From: an uncultured Acidobacteriota bacterium
Lineage (GTDB): Bacteria; Acidobacteriota; Vicinamibacteria; Vicinamibacterales; 2-12-FULL-66-21
Assembly: GCA_963785755.1 (NCBI GenBank)
Contig: CAWAXG010000002.1
Location: 625,128-689,127, forward strand
Direction of reading: 5' to 3'
Length of the DNA: 64,000 nucleotides
In this document: positions 8,626 to 18,135 of the stretch, piece after piece
Layout: the number at the start of each line of letters is the position of its first letter
How positions within the stretch are numbered: position 1 is the stretch's first letter
Program-made: the position numbers and the translations under genes
The notes under the pieces: model-generated
Databases searched by the model: none
Told to the model about the DNA's origin: nothing
Seen by the model: only the letters and a program-made list of their open reading frames with translations

Positions 8626-9370
8626 CTACTTCGCGGCCACGGCGAACTTGAAGTCCTGGGTCTTCTTGTCGTTCGCGCGCAACCGTGACGGAAGCCGTCT
8701 GCGTCCCCAGCTTCTCGTGCCAGGCCGTGATCTCGTAGGTGCCCGGATCGAGGCCCGAGATCGTGAACTTCCCGTCCGCGCTCGTGACCGAGTAGAAAGG
8801 ATGGGTGAAGACGCCGATGTATGCGCTCATCCATGGATGGACGTCACACTTGACATGGAAGATCGCCTCAGGCTTGGCGAACGTCGTGGTCGCCTCCTTG
8901 CGCGTCGCCGGGAACGCCTGGTTGAATGTCGGGTTGACCTTTGGTTGCGTGTGGATATTGTGCATGATGCCGTCGGAGTTGAGGATCCGGTAGGGCTGAC
9001 CGACCATTATCCCCATCACGTGCGGCACATATAGGCAGCCCTTCTGATCGAGAACCACCGGTTCCTTGGGAGCCGGGAAGGTCTTGCCGGCCGGAAGCCC
9101 TTTCGAGACCCAGACCATGATGTTCCCCATGGTCTGGCCGCTGCCGAGCACGAGCATCTCGGCCGGCACGGGTTTCGAGTGCTTCTTGGCGCACGCGGGG
9201 TCGGCGTCCATGGCGAGCGGCCTTGGAGTAGGGACTTTCCCGTCGAAGGTGACGGTTCCGCTGATCGACGAGGCGGCGAATGCAACGCCCGGCCAGCACA
9301 ACACCGCGAACAGCCCGGCCACCTGCCACACCCTGTTGAATGTCCCGCGCACACTCGGCTTCTTGGTCAT
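8626..9370 (-). pseudogene. Secreted cupredoxin (type-1 copper-like) protein with carboxypeptidase-regulatory-like beta domains; last ~20 codons out of frame as assembled
   Basis: Signal peptide MTKKPS...GVAFAASS. Ligand-like pattern MHNIH ... KCDVHPWM (C-x2-H-x2-M). GGAGG lies 9 nt upstream of the ATG at 9370. The natural-looking end NDKKTQDFKFAVAAK* (stop 8626) needs a 1-nt correction near 8672-8680. Confidence 0.75.
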
Positions 9371-9600
9371 CGCAAACCTCGCCTCCATCGTCACCTTGAC
9401 GCTAGCACCCGCGATCATTAAGTGGGGCGACTTTACACCGGGGCTTGCCGTCTGTGCAACCCTAGCACAGCCTTTTGAGTCGACGCTTCGCACTGGGAAT
9501 CGGCCCACGATCCGACTTCCGCCTTCGACAAAGGTTTCGCCTTCGCAATGGTAGGGGGCGAGCGGCCGTAGCCTTCGGCGGAGGCTGGCTGGCGGACAGG

Positions 9601-10815
9601 TCAAACGTTCTCGAACGCCATCGATTCGGCAAGCCTCGGGTCGCGTAATGGAACGAGCGCCTGCCGTCGCATCAGCCAGCCCGCGGCCGCCACGAAGCAC
9701 CCGCCGATCGCAACGAGCGCGGCCAGGTCCAGCGCCGACGGGCTGGGCCCATGGGGATGGAGCGTCGGCATGACCTGCCAGTAGAGATCCAGGAAGTGCA
9801 TCGCGAGGAGCCACGCTCCGCCGATGGCCAGGGTCGTTCCCCTCCGCTTGACGGCACGCCCCATCAGATAGAAGAACGGAACTCCGAAGTGTCCCGCCAT
9901 GAGGAACAGCGAGACCGTCAGCCAGGAGCCTTCCATTCGCGCCTTGTACCAGATCGTCTCCTCCGGGAGGTTCGCGTACCACATGAGGAAGAACTGGGAG
10001 AAGGCGATATAGGCCCAGAACGCCGTGAATGCGAACAGGAGCTTGCCGATATCGTGCAGGTGCTCGTCGCTGATGATCGTGTCCAGCAGCCCGGCCCTGC
10101 GCATCGCCACCACGATGACCGAGAGCAGCGCGATGAACCCCACGAAGGAACCGGCGAAGAAATAGACGCCGAAGATGGTCGAGTACCAGTGCGGCGTGAG
10201 CGACATGATCCAGTCGATCGAGGCGAAGGTCTGGGTCAGCGCGAGGACCATGATTGCGGGCCCGGCGAGGCGTCGCAGACGGGCGGACACGCCGGGATCC
10301 CCCGTCTCGTCCTGACCGCGCGAGCCGCGGTAGTAGAGCAGCGCGATGAAGGACCAGATTCCGAAGAAGAGCGCCGCCCGGATCAGGAAGAACGGCACGT
10401 TGAGGTATGGCGCCTTCCAGCGAAGCAGCGCATCGTGTTCGGCTGCGTCGGCATGGGACCATTCGTAGAGATCGTGCAGCCCGAGGAGCAACGGGAGGAA
10501 GAGGGCCGCCATCACGGGGAGCGTTGCGAAGATCGTCTCCCCGATCCGCCGCACCACGATCCCCCATCCTCCCTGCGCCGCGTACTGGATCAGCACGAAG
10601 AAGAGCGCGCCGAGGGCCAGGCTCAGGAAGAACAGGAACGACACCAGCCACGAGAAGAAGAACTGCTTCGGATTCCCGGCGCCGAGAATCGCGCAGACCA
10701 CCACTCCCAGCAGGGCGCACACGGCGCCGATCATCGGAATGCGGTTCCACGGGTGCCCCGGGGGAATCGTGGCCTGCTCGGGCCGCAGCGCCACGTGATC
10801 GTGTGCGGAGATCAT
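9601..10815 (-). CDS. actF: ACIII ActF-like (NrfD-related) integral membrane subunit
   Basis: Polytopic membrane protein (FFFSWLVSFLFFLSLALGALFFVLIQY..., KAPYLNVPFFLIRAALFF) located after actD. Start chosen at MISAHDH (10815). Confidence 0.7.
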   Translation of the reverse strand: MISAHDHVALRPEQATIPPGHPWNRIPMIGAVCALLGVVVCAILGAGNPKQFFFSWLVSFLFFLSLALGALFFVLIQYAAQGGWGIVVRRIGETIFATLPVMAALFLPLLLGLHDLYEWSHADAAEHDALLRWKAPYLNVPFFLIRAALFFGIWSFIALLYYRGSRGQDETGDPGVSARLRRLAGPAIMVLALTQTFASIDWIMSLTPHWYSTIFGVYFFAGSFVGFIALLSVIVVAMRRAGLLDTIISDEHLHDIGKLLFAFTAFWAYIAFSQFFLMWYANLPEETIWYKARMEGSWLTVSLFLMAGHFGVPFFYLMGRAVKRRGTTLAIGGAWLLAMHFLDLYWQVMPTLHPHGPSPSALDLAALVAIGGCFVAAAGWLMRRQALVPLRDPRLAESMAFENV

Positions 10816-10941
10816 TCTTCCCCGGGGGACTTCGTCCCCGGACCCCCTTACACGCGCGCTCGCGGGGGCCCTCACGCCCCGCTCCGCGCGCGTGGCTCGC
10901 TCGCTGCGCTCACTCGCTGTCGAGAGTGGTTATTCATGATT

Positions 10942-11565
10942 TCAGGACTCCACGAGCTCGACGGTGCGGGCGCCCAGGGATTCAAGCAGCTTGCCGGTGG
11001 CCGACGGATCGAACCGGGGATCCCAGGATTCGATCGAAATGAAGAAGGCGTCGTCGGTCACACGCTCGAAGACCTTGGATCGGAAGAGCGGATGGTAGTG
11101 CATGGGGAGCCGGTTGAGGCCGAACATGCCGAAGACGGCGCCGAGCGCGCCGAAAAGGACGGCGAGCTCGAAGGTAATCGGAATGAAGGCGGGCCAGGAG
11201 AAAAACGGTTTGCCGCTGATCACGAGGGGATAGGCGGTGGTGTGGACCCACCACTGCAGGACGAACCCGAGTGCGGCCCCCATCAGTCCCATGCCGAGGA
11301 CGATCCAGGGAAGCGGGGATCGCCGGAGCCCCATCGCTTTCTCGAGGCCGTGGACAGGGAACGGGCTGTGGGCATCCCACTTGGTGAAGCCCGCGTCACG
11401 CACCCGCTCGCACGCGTGATACAGGTCCGCAGGCGTCGCGAATTCGGCGAGGAGTCCGTAATAGGGCCCCTTCGGGAGCTGCGGGGAGAGCAACGGCATT
11501 GTCCTGAGCGAGCGACCTGTCCGCCATAGCGCGAAGCGCGAAGGCGGAAGCGAGTCGAAGGGCAT
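10942..11565 (-). CDS. actD: ACIII ActD-like protein (DUF3341)
   Basis: YGLLAEFATPADLYHACERVRDAGFTKWDAHSPFPVHGL ... FFISIESWDPRFD. The ATG at 11565 overlaps the actC stop (ATGA). An alternative start is 66 nt downstream. Confidence 0.8.
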   Translation of the reverse strand: MPFDSLPPSRFALWRTGRSLRTMPLLSPQLPKGPYYGLLAEFATPADLYHACERVRDAGFTKWDAHSPFPVHGLEKAMGLRRSPLPWIVLGMGLMGAALGFVLQWWVHTTAYPLVISGKPFFSWPAFIPITFELAVLFGALGAVFGMFGLNRLPMHYHPLFRSKVFERVTDDAFFISIESWDPRFDPSATGKLLESLGARTVELVES

Positions 11566-13079
11566 CAGGAGGCTCCTTCGGGAGCGGGCTCCGACGCCCC
11601 ACGCCCCGCGGCGGTCCGGTGGTCCTTGATTACGCGTTCGGTGCCGGGCTGCCAATGCGGATCGGCCTGCGGCAGCACGGTCTTGACCTCGGCGGTTGCC
11701 ACCATCGGAAGAAAGCGCACGAACAGGCAGAACATCGTGAAGAAGAGCCCGAAGCTTCCAAGCAGGCACGCCACGTCCCAGAACGTGGGAGTGAAGTAGC
11801 TCCAGGCCGAGGGCAGGAAGTCACGGTGCAGCGACGTCACGATAATCACGAACCGCTCGAACCACATGCCGATGTTGATCACGATCGACACTACGAACAG
11901 GATCGGGATGCTCGTGCGCGCCTTCTTGGACCAGAAAATCTGGGGGCTGATCACGTTGCAGGTGACCATGATCCAGTAGGCCCAGGCGTACGGTCCCAGG
12001 GCGCGGTTCATGAACGTGAAGTACTGGTACGGGTTCCCGCTGTACCAGGCGGTGAAGAACTCCGTGGCATAGGCGTAGCCCACCATCGATCCGGTCACCA
12101 ACATGATCTTCGCCATGTAGTCGAAGTGCCGGAGCGTGATGATGTGCTCGAGGCCGAACGCCTTGCGGCAGATCACCATGAGCGTCAGCACCATGGCGAA
12201 CCCGGAAAAGATCGCGCCCGCGACGAAGTACGGCGGGAAGACCGTCGTATGCCATCCGGGGAGGAGGGAGACCGCGAAATCCATCGAGACGATCGAATGA
12301 ACCGAGAGGACCAGCGGCGTCGCGAGGGCCGCGAGAATGAGATACGCGGATTCGTAGTGATGCCATTGCCGCACGGAGCCCCGCCATCCGAGAGCGAAGA
12401 GACCGTAGACGAACTTCCTCGTCGGAGTCTTCGCCCGATCGCGCATCGTCGCCAGGTCCGGGATCAGGCCGATGTACCAGAACAGGACCGAGACGGTTCC
12501 GTAGATGCTGACCGCGAAGACGTCCCAGAGAAGAGGGCTCCTGAAGTTGGGCCACATGCCCATCTGGTTCGGGAGCGGGAACATCCAGTAGGCGACCCAG
12601 ACGCGTCCCACGTGGATCCCGGGAAACGTCAGGGCACACATGACTGCGAAGATGGTCATGGCCTCGGCGGAGCGATTGATCGACGTGCGCCATTTCTGGC
12701 GGAAGAGGAACAGGATCGCTGAGATGAGCGTGCCGGCGTGCCCGATCCCGACCCAGAACACGAAATTCGTGATGTCCCACGCCCATCCGACGGGGACGTT
12801 GAGGCCCCAGATGCCGATCCCCTCCCAGAACAGCCATGAGACCGCGACGCCGAGCAGGCCGAGGAGGGCGACCGATGGGATGAAGAAGATCCACCAGCCG
12901 ATCGGTGTCGGCCGTTCGATCGGCTCCGCGACGACCTCGGTGATTGAGTGAAAATCCGGCGAGCGCAGGATGAGCGTCGGCCGGCCCGCGACAGGGTTGT
13001 CTAGCAGTTCTGCTTCCGTCTGGGCCAAGCCCGCTCCCGCGTTGAGTTTTGAAAAGTGGCCGTTTGTACCATCGCGCAT
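11565..13079 (-). CDS. actC: ACIII ActC-like quinol-interacting NrfD/PsrC-family membrane subunit
   Basis: 504 aa. [43 protein letters not shown] is typical of ActC/NrfD. Confidence 0.85.
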   Translation of the reverse strand: MRDGTNGHFSKLNAGAGLAQTEAELLDNPVAGRPTLILRSPDFHSITEVVAEPIERPTPIGWWIFFIPSVALLGLLGVAVSWLFWEGIGIWGLNVPVGWAWDITNFVFWVGIGHAGTLISAILFLFRQKWRTSINRSAEAMTIFAVMCALTFPGIHVGRVWVAYWMFPLPNQMGMWPNFRSPLLWDVFAVSIYGTVSVLFWYIGLIPDLATMRDRAKTPTRKFVYGLFALGWRGSVRQWHHYESAYLILAALATPLVLSVHSIVSMDFAVSLLPGWHTTVFPPYFVAGAIFSGFAMVLTLMVICRKAFGLEHIITLRHFDYMAKIMLVTGSMVGYAYATEFFTAWYSGNPYQYFTFMNRALGPYAWAYWIMVTCNVISPQIFWSKKARTSIPILFVVSIVINIGMWFERFVIIVTSLHRDFLPSAWSYFTPTFWDVACLLGSFGLFFTMFCLFVRFLPMVATAEVKTVLPQADPHWQPGTERVIKDHRTAAGRGASEPAPEGAS

Positions 13080-13392
13080 CGCGGGGAGTCAAGCGCCCGC
13101 CGCCGCGTACTCGCTCGTCACGCGCTCGAAAATCCACAGTTCGATCGAAACTCGACGAGGCGGGCACCCTGGGTGATCCTGTCGATTTCCGCGAGTTCTG
13201 TTCGATTAGCTGGTGATGGGGTCGAGGCCTTGGCCGCCGCGCGTTTGACGCTGGCGAGACCAGTACGGTATTCACCGGAAGGGTCCCGCCATTTACCGTC
13301 TCGTGATAGCCGGCCTCAACGAGGCGACGTAAAGTCCGTATGTATACTGAGCAGTCCGGCAGGTCGCCGGTCCTCTGCAGCAGCGAAACAGC

Positions 13393-14625
13393 GTGACATC
13401 GAACAACCTCAAGGAAGAACTGGCCTCCCTTCGAATCGATCACTCGGCCCGTGGCGGCGGAAGCCGTCGGGGCGTCTGGGTGGTCGTGGCGCTCGGCATT
13501 GTCGCGGCGGTCGCCGGTGGATGGGCCTGGTCGAACCGCGATGCCGCGGTTGAAGTGAAGACCGCGACCATCGCGGCGCAGAGCGGCGGAGCCGGCGCGG
13601 CCGCCGCCGTCTTGAATGCGTCCGGCTATGTCACGGCACGGCGGCGGGCCACGGTGTCGTCGAAAGTCACCGGCAAGGTGCTCGAGGTTTTCGTCGAAGA
13701 AGGTAAAGAGGTCCGTCGCGGTCAAGTGCTCGCCCGGCTCGACGATGCGCAGGTGCGCGCGATGCTGAAGGTCGCCGAAGCCCAGCTGGCGGCCGCGGAC
13801 CGGGTCGCGGCGGAGGATCAGGCACGCCTCCGCGAGGCCGAACTTACGCTCGATCGCCGCCGTCAACTTGTGAAGGAGCAGGTCATCTCTCGCGCCGAGC
13901 TCGATTCAGCCGAAGCGCAGGTGGAGTCGATCAAAGCGCGCATCGCGCTCGCGCAGCAGCAGATCGAGGTGGCGCAGAGTCAGGTGAACGCGCAGCGCAC
14001 GGACCTCGACGACATGGTCGTGCGGGCGCCGTTCGATGGCGTGGCGATCTCGAAGGATGCCCAGCCGGGCGAGATGATCTCGCCGGTCTCGGCCGGCGGC
14101 GGCTTCACGCGCACCGGCATCTGCACCATCGTGGACATGTCGTCGCTCGAGATCGAGGTCGACGTCAGCGAGCAGTACATCAACCGCGTGGTGCCGGCAC
14201 AACCGGTGGAAGCCGTTCTCGACGCTTATCCGGACTGGCGCATCCCGGCGCACGTCATCACGACGGTGCCGTCGGCGGATCGGCAGAAGTCCACGGTCAG
14301 GGTCCGGATCTCGTTCGACAAGCTCGATCCCCGGATCCTGCCCGATATGGGAGTGAAGACCACGTTCCTGGCCGAGCAGAAGGCCGAGACGTCCAAGGAG
14401 CCGCAGCGGCCGCGCATCCTCGTCCCGAAAGCGGCGGTGCGCTCCTCGGACGGGGCGTCAGTGGTCTTCGTGATTCGCGAGGATCGCGCCGAACGCCGCG
14501 CCGTCAAGGTGGGCCCGGAAGACGGCGGACAGATTGAGATTGCGACGGGGTTGTCGCCAGGTGAGCGGGTGGTCGTCGAGGGACCCGCGACGCTCGCCGA
14601 CGGAGCAAGGGTGAAGGAGCGCTGA
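13393..14625 (+). CDS. Efflux periplasmic adaptor (HlyD/MacA family)
   Basis: N-terminal TM, coiled-coil region (AEAQLAAADR...ELDSAEAQVESIKARIALAQQQIEVAQSQV) and beta-barrel C-terminus. Confidence 0.9.
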   Translation: MTSNNLKEELASLRIDHSARGGGSRRGVWVVVALGIVAAVAGGWAWSNRDAAVEVKTATIAAQSGGAGAAAAVLNASGYVTARRRATVSSKVTGKVLEVFVEEGKEVRRGQVLARLDDAQVRAMLKVAEAQLAAADRVAAEDQARLREAELTLDRRRQLVKEQVISRAELDSAEAQVESIKARIALAQQQIEVAQSQVNAQRTDLDDMVVRAPFDGVAISKDAQPGEMISPVSAGGGFTRTGICTIVDMSSLEIEVDVSEQYINRVVPAQPVEAVLDAYPDWRIPAHVITTVPSADRQKSTVRVRISFDKLDPRILPDMGVKTTFLAEQKAETSKEPQRPRILVPKAAVRSSDGASVVFVIREDRAERRAVKVGPEDGGQIEIATGLSPGERVVVEGPATLADGARVKER

Positions 14626-15312
14626 ATGAATACACTGGTTGCCATCCGGAATCTCCACAAGGTGTACTTCCGCGGAAGCGAGCGGATCGACGTGCTTCAG
14701 GGGATCACCCTCGACATCCCTGAAGGGGATTTCCTGGCGCTCATGGGACCGTCGGGCTCGGGCAAGACGACGCTGCTGAACCTGATGGGGGGCCTGGACA
14801 CGCCGTCGGAGGGCTCGATTCAGGTGGGCGGGGATCAGATCGACAAGCTCTCGGGCGGCCGTCTGGCCGCGTGGCGGGCGCGTCACATCGGATTCGTCTT
14901 CCAGATGTACAACCTGTTGCCGGTGCTCACCGCGGCCAAGAACATCGAGCTGCCGCTGCTGCTGACCAAGCTGTCCTCAGCGGACCGCAAGCGGCGGGTC
15001 CAGGTCGCACTGAATGTCGTCGGGCTTGGCGAGCGCGCGCATCACTATCCGCGCCAGCTGTCCGGCGGTCAGGAGCAGCGCGTCGGCATCGCCCGGGCGA
15101 TCGTCACGGATCCGACGCTGCTCCTCTGCGACGAGCCGACCGGCGATCTCGATCGAAAGTCCGGTGACGAGATTCTGGAGCTGCTGACCGCGTTGAACCG
15201 CGACCACGGCAAGACGATCGTCATGGTCACCCACGACCCCCATGCCGCGGCGCGGGCGAAGCGCACGCTGCACCTCGAAAAGGGACTGCTCGTACAGGAG
15301 GCTGCCGCATGA
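14626..15312 (+). CDS. ABC transporter ATP-binding protein (MacB/LolD type)
   Basis: GPSGSGKTTLLN, LSGGQEQRVGIARA and LLLCDEPTGDLD. Confidence 0.95.
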   Translation: MNTLVAIRNLHKVYFRGSERIDVLQGITLDIPEGDFLALMGPSGSGKTTLLNLMGGLDTPSEGSIQVGGDQIDKLSGGRLAAWRARHIGFVFQMYNLLPVLTAAKNIELPLLLTKLSSADRKRRVQVALNVVGLGERAHHYPRQLSGGQEQRVGIARAIVTDPTLLLCDEPTGDLDRKSGDEILELLTALNRDHGKTIVMVTHDPHAAARAKRTLHLEKGLLVQEAAA

Positions 15313-16476
15313 AGTTCCTGCCGCTGGTCATCCGCAATCTGGGACGGCGCAAGGTCAGGACGATTTTCACGATCCTGTCGATCATGATCGCCTTCCTCCT
15401 GTTCGGCGTCTTGATGGCGATCCGCGCGGCGTTCAGCATGGGCGTCGACATCGCCGGCGCCGATCGGCTGATGGTGATCCACAAGATGGGGTTCATGATG
15501 CCGCTGCCGCCCGGCCACGGCCCCAAGATTCGCGCCACGCCGGGCGTGACCGATGTGACGCATGCGAACTGGTTCGGCGGGTACTACCAGGAGCCGAGCA
15601 ACTTCCTGGCGAACTTCGCCGTCGACCCGGAGAGCTGGCTCAGGATGTATCCGGAGTATCAGGTACCGGAAGAGCAGAAGAAAGCCTGGTTCGCCAACCG
15701 GGCCGGTGCGATCGTCGGTATCGACACCGCCAAGAAATTCAACTGGAAAATCGGCGATCGGGTTCCACTCATCTCACCGATTTACCGGAAGCCGGATGAT
15801 ACGCCGTGGGATTTCACGATCGACGGGATTTACGACGCGACAGCGCCGGGCGTGGACAAGACACAATTCTTCTTCCACTACGAGTACATGAACGAGGCGC
15901 TGCGTGCCGCCAACGTCAGGCTCAGCGACATCATCGGCTGGTACATCGTACCGTGTTGACGATCCGGCTTCTGCCGATGCACTCGCCAAACGAATCGACC
16001 AGGTATTCGAGAACTCGACCGGAGAGACGAAAACAGCGACCGAAAAGGCGTTCGCCGCGGACTTTGCGAACCAGGTCGGCGACATCGGCACGATCATGAT
16101 CGCGATCACCGGGGTGGTCATGGGGTTCATCCTGTTCGTCGCGGGGAACTCGCTGGCGCAGTCCGTCCGTGAACGCATCAACGAGCTGGGCGTGCTGAAG
16201 ACCCTCGGCTTCACGGACGGCCGGATCCTGGCGATTGTGCTGCTGGAATCCTGCACCATTGCGGTCATCGGCGGCGGCATCGGCCTGCTCCTGGCCTGGG
16301 TCATCATCGCCCAGGGGGATCCCACAGGCGGGTTCCTGCCGATCTTTCACTTCCCGCCGCGCGACCTGATCTTCGGCATCGCCCTCGTCGGCATCCTCGG
16401 GATCGCCACCGGCCTCATCCCGGCGCTGCAGGCCAGCCGATTGAAGATCGTGGACGCATTACGTCGAGCGGGATAG
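15309..16476 (+). pseudogene. ABC transporter permease (FtsX/MacB_PCD type); one frame disruption as assembled
   Basis: ORF 15309..15959 continues in ORF 15904..16476 (..GWYIV|RVDDPASADALAKRID..). An extra C at ATCGTA[C]CGTGTT (about 15951). The FtsX C-terminus is intact. Confidence 0.85.
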
Positions 16477-16477
16477 G

Positions 16478-16578
16478 TACGAGCACGGAGCACGTGAGCA
16501 CAGCACGTAGCACATAGCAGGTGAGCACGTGGCACATGAGCACGTGAGCACGCAGGACGTCGCACCCAGCACGTAGAC
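16478..16578. repeat. Short-period array of (R)TGAGCAC / GTAGCAC units (array A)
   Basis: gagcacggagcacgtgagcacagcacgtagcacatagcaggtgagcacgtggcacatgagcacgtgagcacgcaggacg lies between the two permease genes. Confidence 0.85.
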
Positions 16579-16591
16579 GAGGCTTTCACCC

Positions 16592-17779
16592 ATGAACTGG
16601 CTGTCACAGACCCTCGCCGTCACCGCAGTAACACTGCGATCGATACCCCAGCGTCTCGGTTCGTCCATCGTCGCGGTCATCGGCATCGGCGGTGTGGTCA
16701 TCGTGGTCATATCCGTGCTCTCGATTGCCGAGGGGTTCCGCGCGGCGATGCGCGGCACCGGCGATCCTCAGACGGTGATCGTGATGCGATCAGGAAGCGA
16801 CACGGAGATGACCAGCACGTTCTCGGGAGAAGAGGCCAAACTCATCACCGAGGCGCCTGGTATCGAGCGGGCGGAAGATGGCGCGCATGCCTCGCCGGAG
16901 CTGTTCGTAATCATTGCCATTCCGCTCAGCCGAAGCGGCACCGATGCCAACGTTCCCCTGCGAGGGGTGCGGCCGGTCGCGCTCAAGGTGAGACCACAGA
17001 TAGAGATCATCGAGGGCCGCATGTTCAATCCGGGCACCTCGGAGATCGTCGTCGGCCGCGCCGCTTCGCGGCAGTTCAGCGGCGTCGGCGTGGGATCGAC
17101 CGTGCGATCGGGCAAGACGTCGTGGCAGGTCGTCGGGATCTTCGACGCCGGCGGCAGCGTCGCCGAATCCGAGTTGTGGTGCGATTCCAGCGTGCTGCAG
17201 GGCGCGTTTCAGCGCGGGAACTCCTACCAGTCGGTCTACCTGAGGCTCGAGACCGTCGACAGTCTGCAGAAGCTGAAGGACGCGCTCACCACGGATCCGC
17301 GGCTCAGCGTCACCGTCGTTCGTGAGCCGGACTACTACGCGGAACAGTCTCAAGTACTTCAGAGCGTCATTCGTACGGTCGGCATGGCCATCGGCATCCT
17401 GATGGGAGTGGGTGCGGTCTTCGGTGCCGTGAACACGATGTACTCGGCGGTCGCGGCACGCACCAGAGAGATCGCGACGCTGCGCGCGCTCGGCTTCGGC
17501 GCCATGCCGGTGGTCCTCTCAGTGCTCGGAGAAGCGCTCTTGTTGAGCCTCGTCGGCGGCACACTCGGGGGGCTGCTTGCCTGGGCGGCGTTCGATGGGT
17601 ACCAGACCGCCACCATGAACTGGCAGTCGTTCAGTCAGGTCGCGTTCTCGTTCGCGGTGACCCCGGAGCTGCTGGTGCGGGGACTGATCTACGCCTCCCT
17701 GATGGGGCTACTCGGTGGCCTGCTGCCTGCGATCCGCGCCGCCCGCCTTCCGGTCGTGACGGCTCTGCGCCAGCTCTAA
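16592..17779 (+). CDS. ABC transporter permease (FtsX/MacB_PCD type)
   Basis: 395-aa intact ORF. N-terminal TM, periplasmic domain and C-terminal FtsX helices (REIATLRALGFGAMPV...). Confidence 0.9.
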   Translation: MNWLSQTLAVTAVTLRSIPQRLGSSIVAVIGIGGVVIVVISVLSIAEGFRAAMRGTGDPQTVIVMRSGSDTEMTSTFSGEEAKLITEAPGIERAEDGAHASPELFVIIAIPLSRSGTDANVPLRGVRPVALKVRPQIEIIEGRMFNPGTSEIVVGRAASRQFSGVGVGSTVRSGKTSWQVVGIFDAGGSVAESELWCDSSVLQGAFQRGNSYQSVYLRLETVDSLQKLKDALTTDPRLSVTVVREPDYYAEQSQVLQSVIRTVGMAIGILMGVGAVFGAVNTMYSAVAARTREIATLRALGFGAMPVVLSVLGEALLLSLVGGTLGGLLAWAAFDGYQTATMNWQSFSQVAFSFAVTPELLVRGLIYASLMGLLGGLLPAIRAARLPVVTALRQL

Positions 17780-17799
17780 AGGCCGCTGTCCACAAAGAC

Positions 17800-18135
17800 G
17801 GGGCACCGGCCGGTCAACGGTGGTCCCACGTCTCGGAAGTCATTCATTTTCATACAATTATAAGGATCGTGTAATACCGTAGAGCTTATGTATTGATTTC
17901 AGACGGGCGAGAGCGAGGAAAGTACACTTTCCGGCTGAAGTCTGCGTCTTTCGCCAGGACTGTCCGCCACGAACGGTTCGGCTAACTCAAAGTTGGATAA
18001 CCACTTACCCTCCACTATCGGCCGGAGACGCCCAGAACTTCAGCGCAGAATCTCTCGGGGTACGACAGTTGCACTTAAGGGTGCACACAGCAAGACCAGC
18101 AGTCGGTGCAGGAAACTAGTAAAGGGAGGAATCCC
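17800..18135. other. AT-richer non-coding island upstream of a small ORF
   Basis: The only visibly low-GC stretch in the window (e.g. cattcattttcatacaattataaggatcgtgtaataccgtagagcttatgtattgatttc). No convincing ORF. It contains sigma70-like hexamers TTCATA-17nt-TAATAC. Confidence 0.4.

Noticed and set aside
8603-10750. A 715-aa ORF spanning the actF region and the cupredoxin gene.
   Set aside because: It is a composite. Only its last ~250 codons (from MTKKPS at 9370) look like a real protein. The upstream part is an off-frame read through actF and a non-coding spacer.
9371-10941. Remnants of actE (monoheme cytochrome c) in the 126-bp actD-actF gap or the 230-bp actF-cupredoxin gap.
   Set aside because: No CxxCH appears in the ORF-track translations that cover these gaps. 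The 126-bp gap contains only one Cys codon in the frames I read. Both gaps are too short for a cytochrome domain.
11821-13866. Very long alternative-frame or antisense ORFs. Examples: 11821..13866(-) 681 aa, 6852..8273(+) 473 aa, 9751..11529(+) 592 aa, 61454..62914(+) 486 aa and 6838..8112(-) 424 aa.
   Set aside because: They overlap genes with clear family signatures. They have Arg/Pro/Gly/Ala-dominated low-complexity composition typical of stop-poor off-frames in high-GC DNA, and they show no recognisable motifs.
13393-18135. The MacAB-like efflux operon plus the AT-rich island as a genomic island or mobile insertion that displaced actA/actB.
   Set aside because: There is no integrase, transposase, tRNA target or direct-repeat boundaries. 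The coding GC looks like the surroundings. The flanking gene downstream is not an ACIII gene, so a simple insertion model does not work.
17780-18135. A tRNA, tmRNA, 6S RNA or known riboswitch in the AT-rich island.
   Set aside because: I could not find cloverleaf-compatible arms, a tRNA-like CCA end or any riboswitch core sequence I recognise. Only short generic hairpins are present. A covariance-model scan is needed to settle this.
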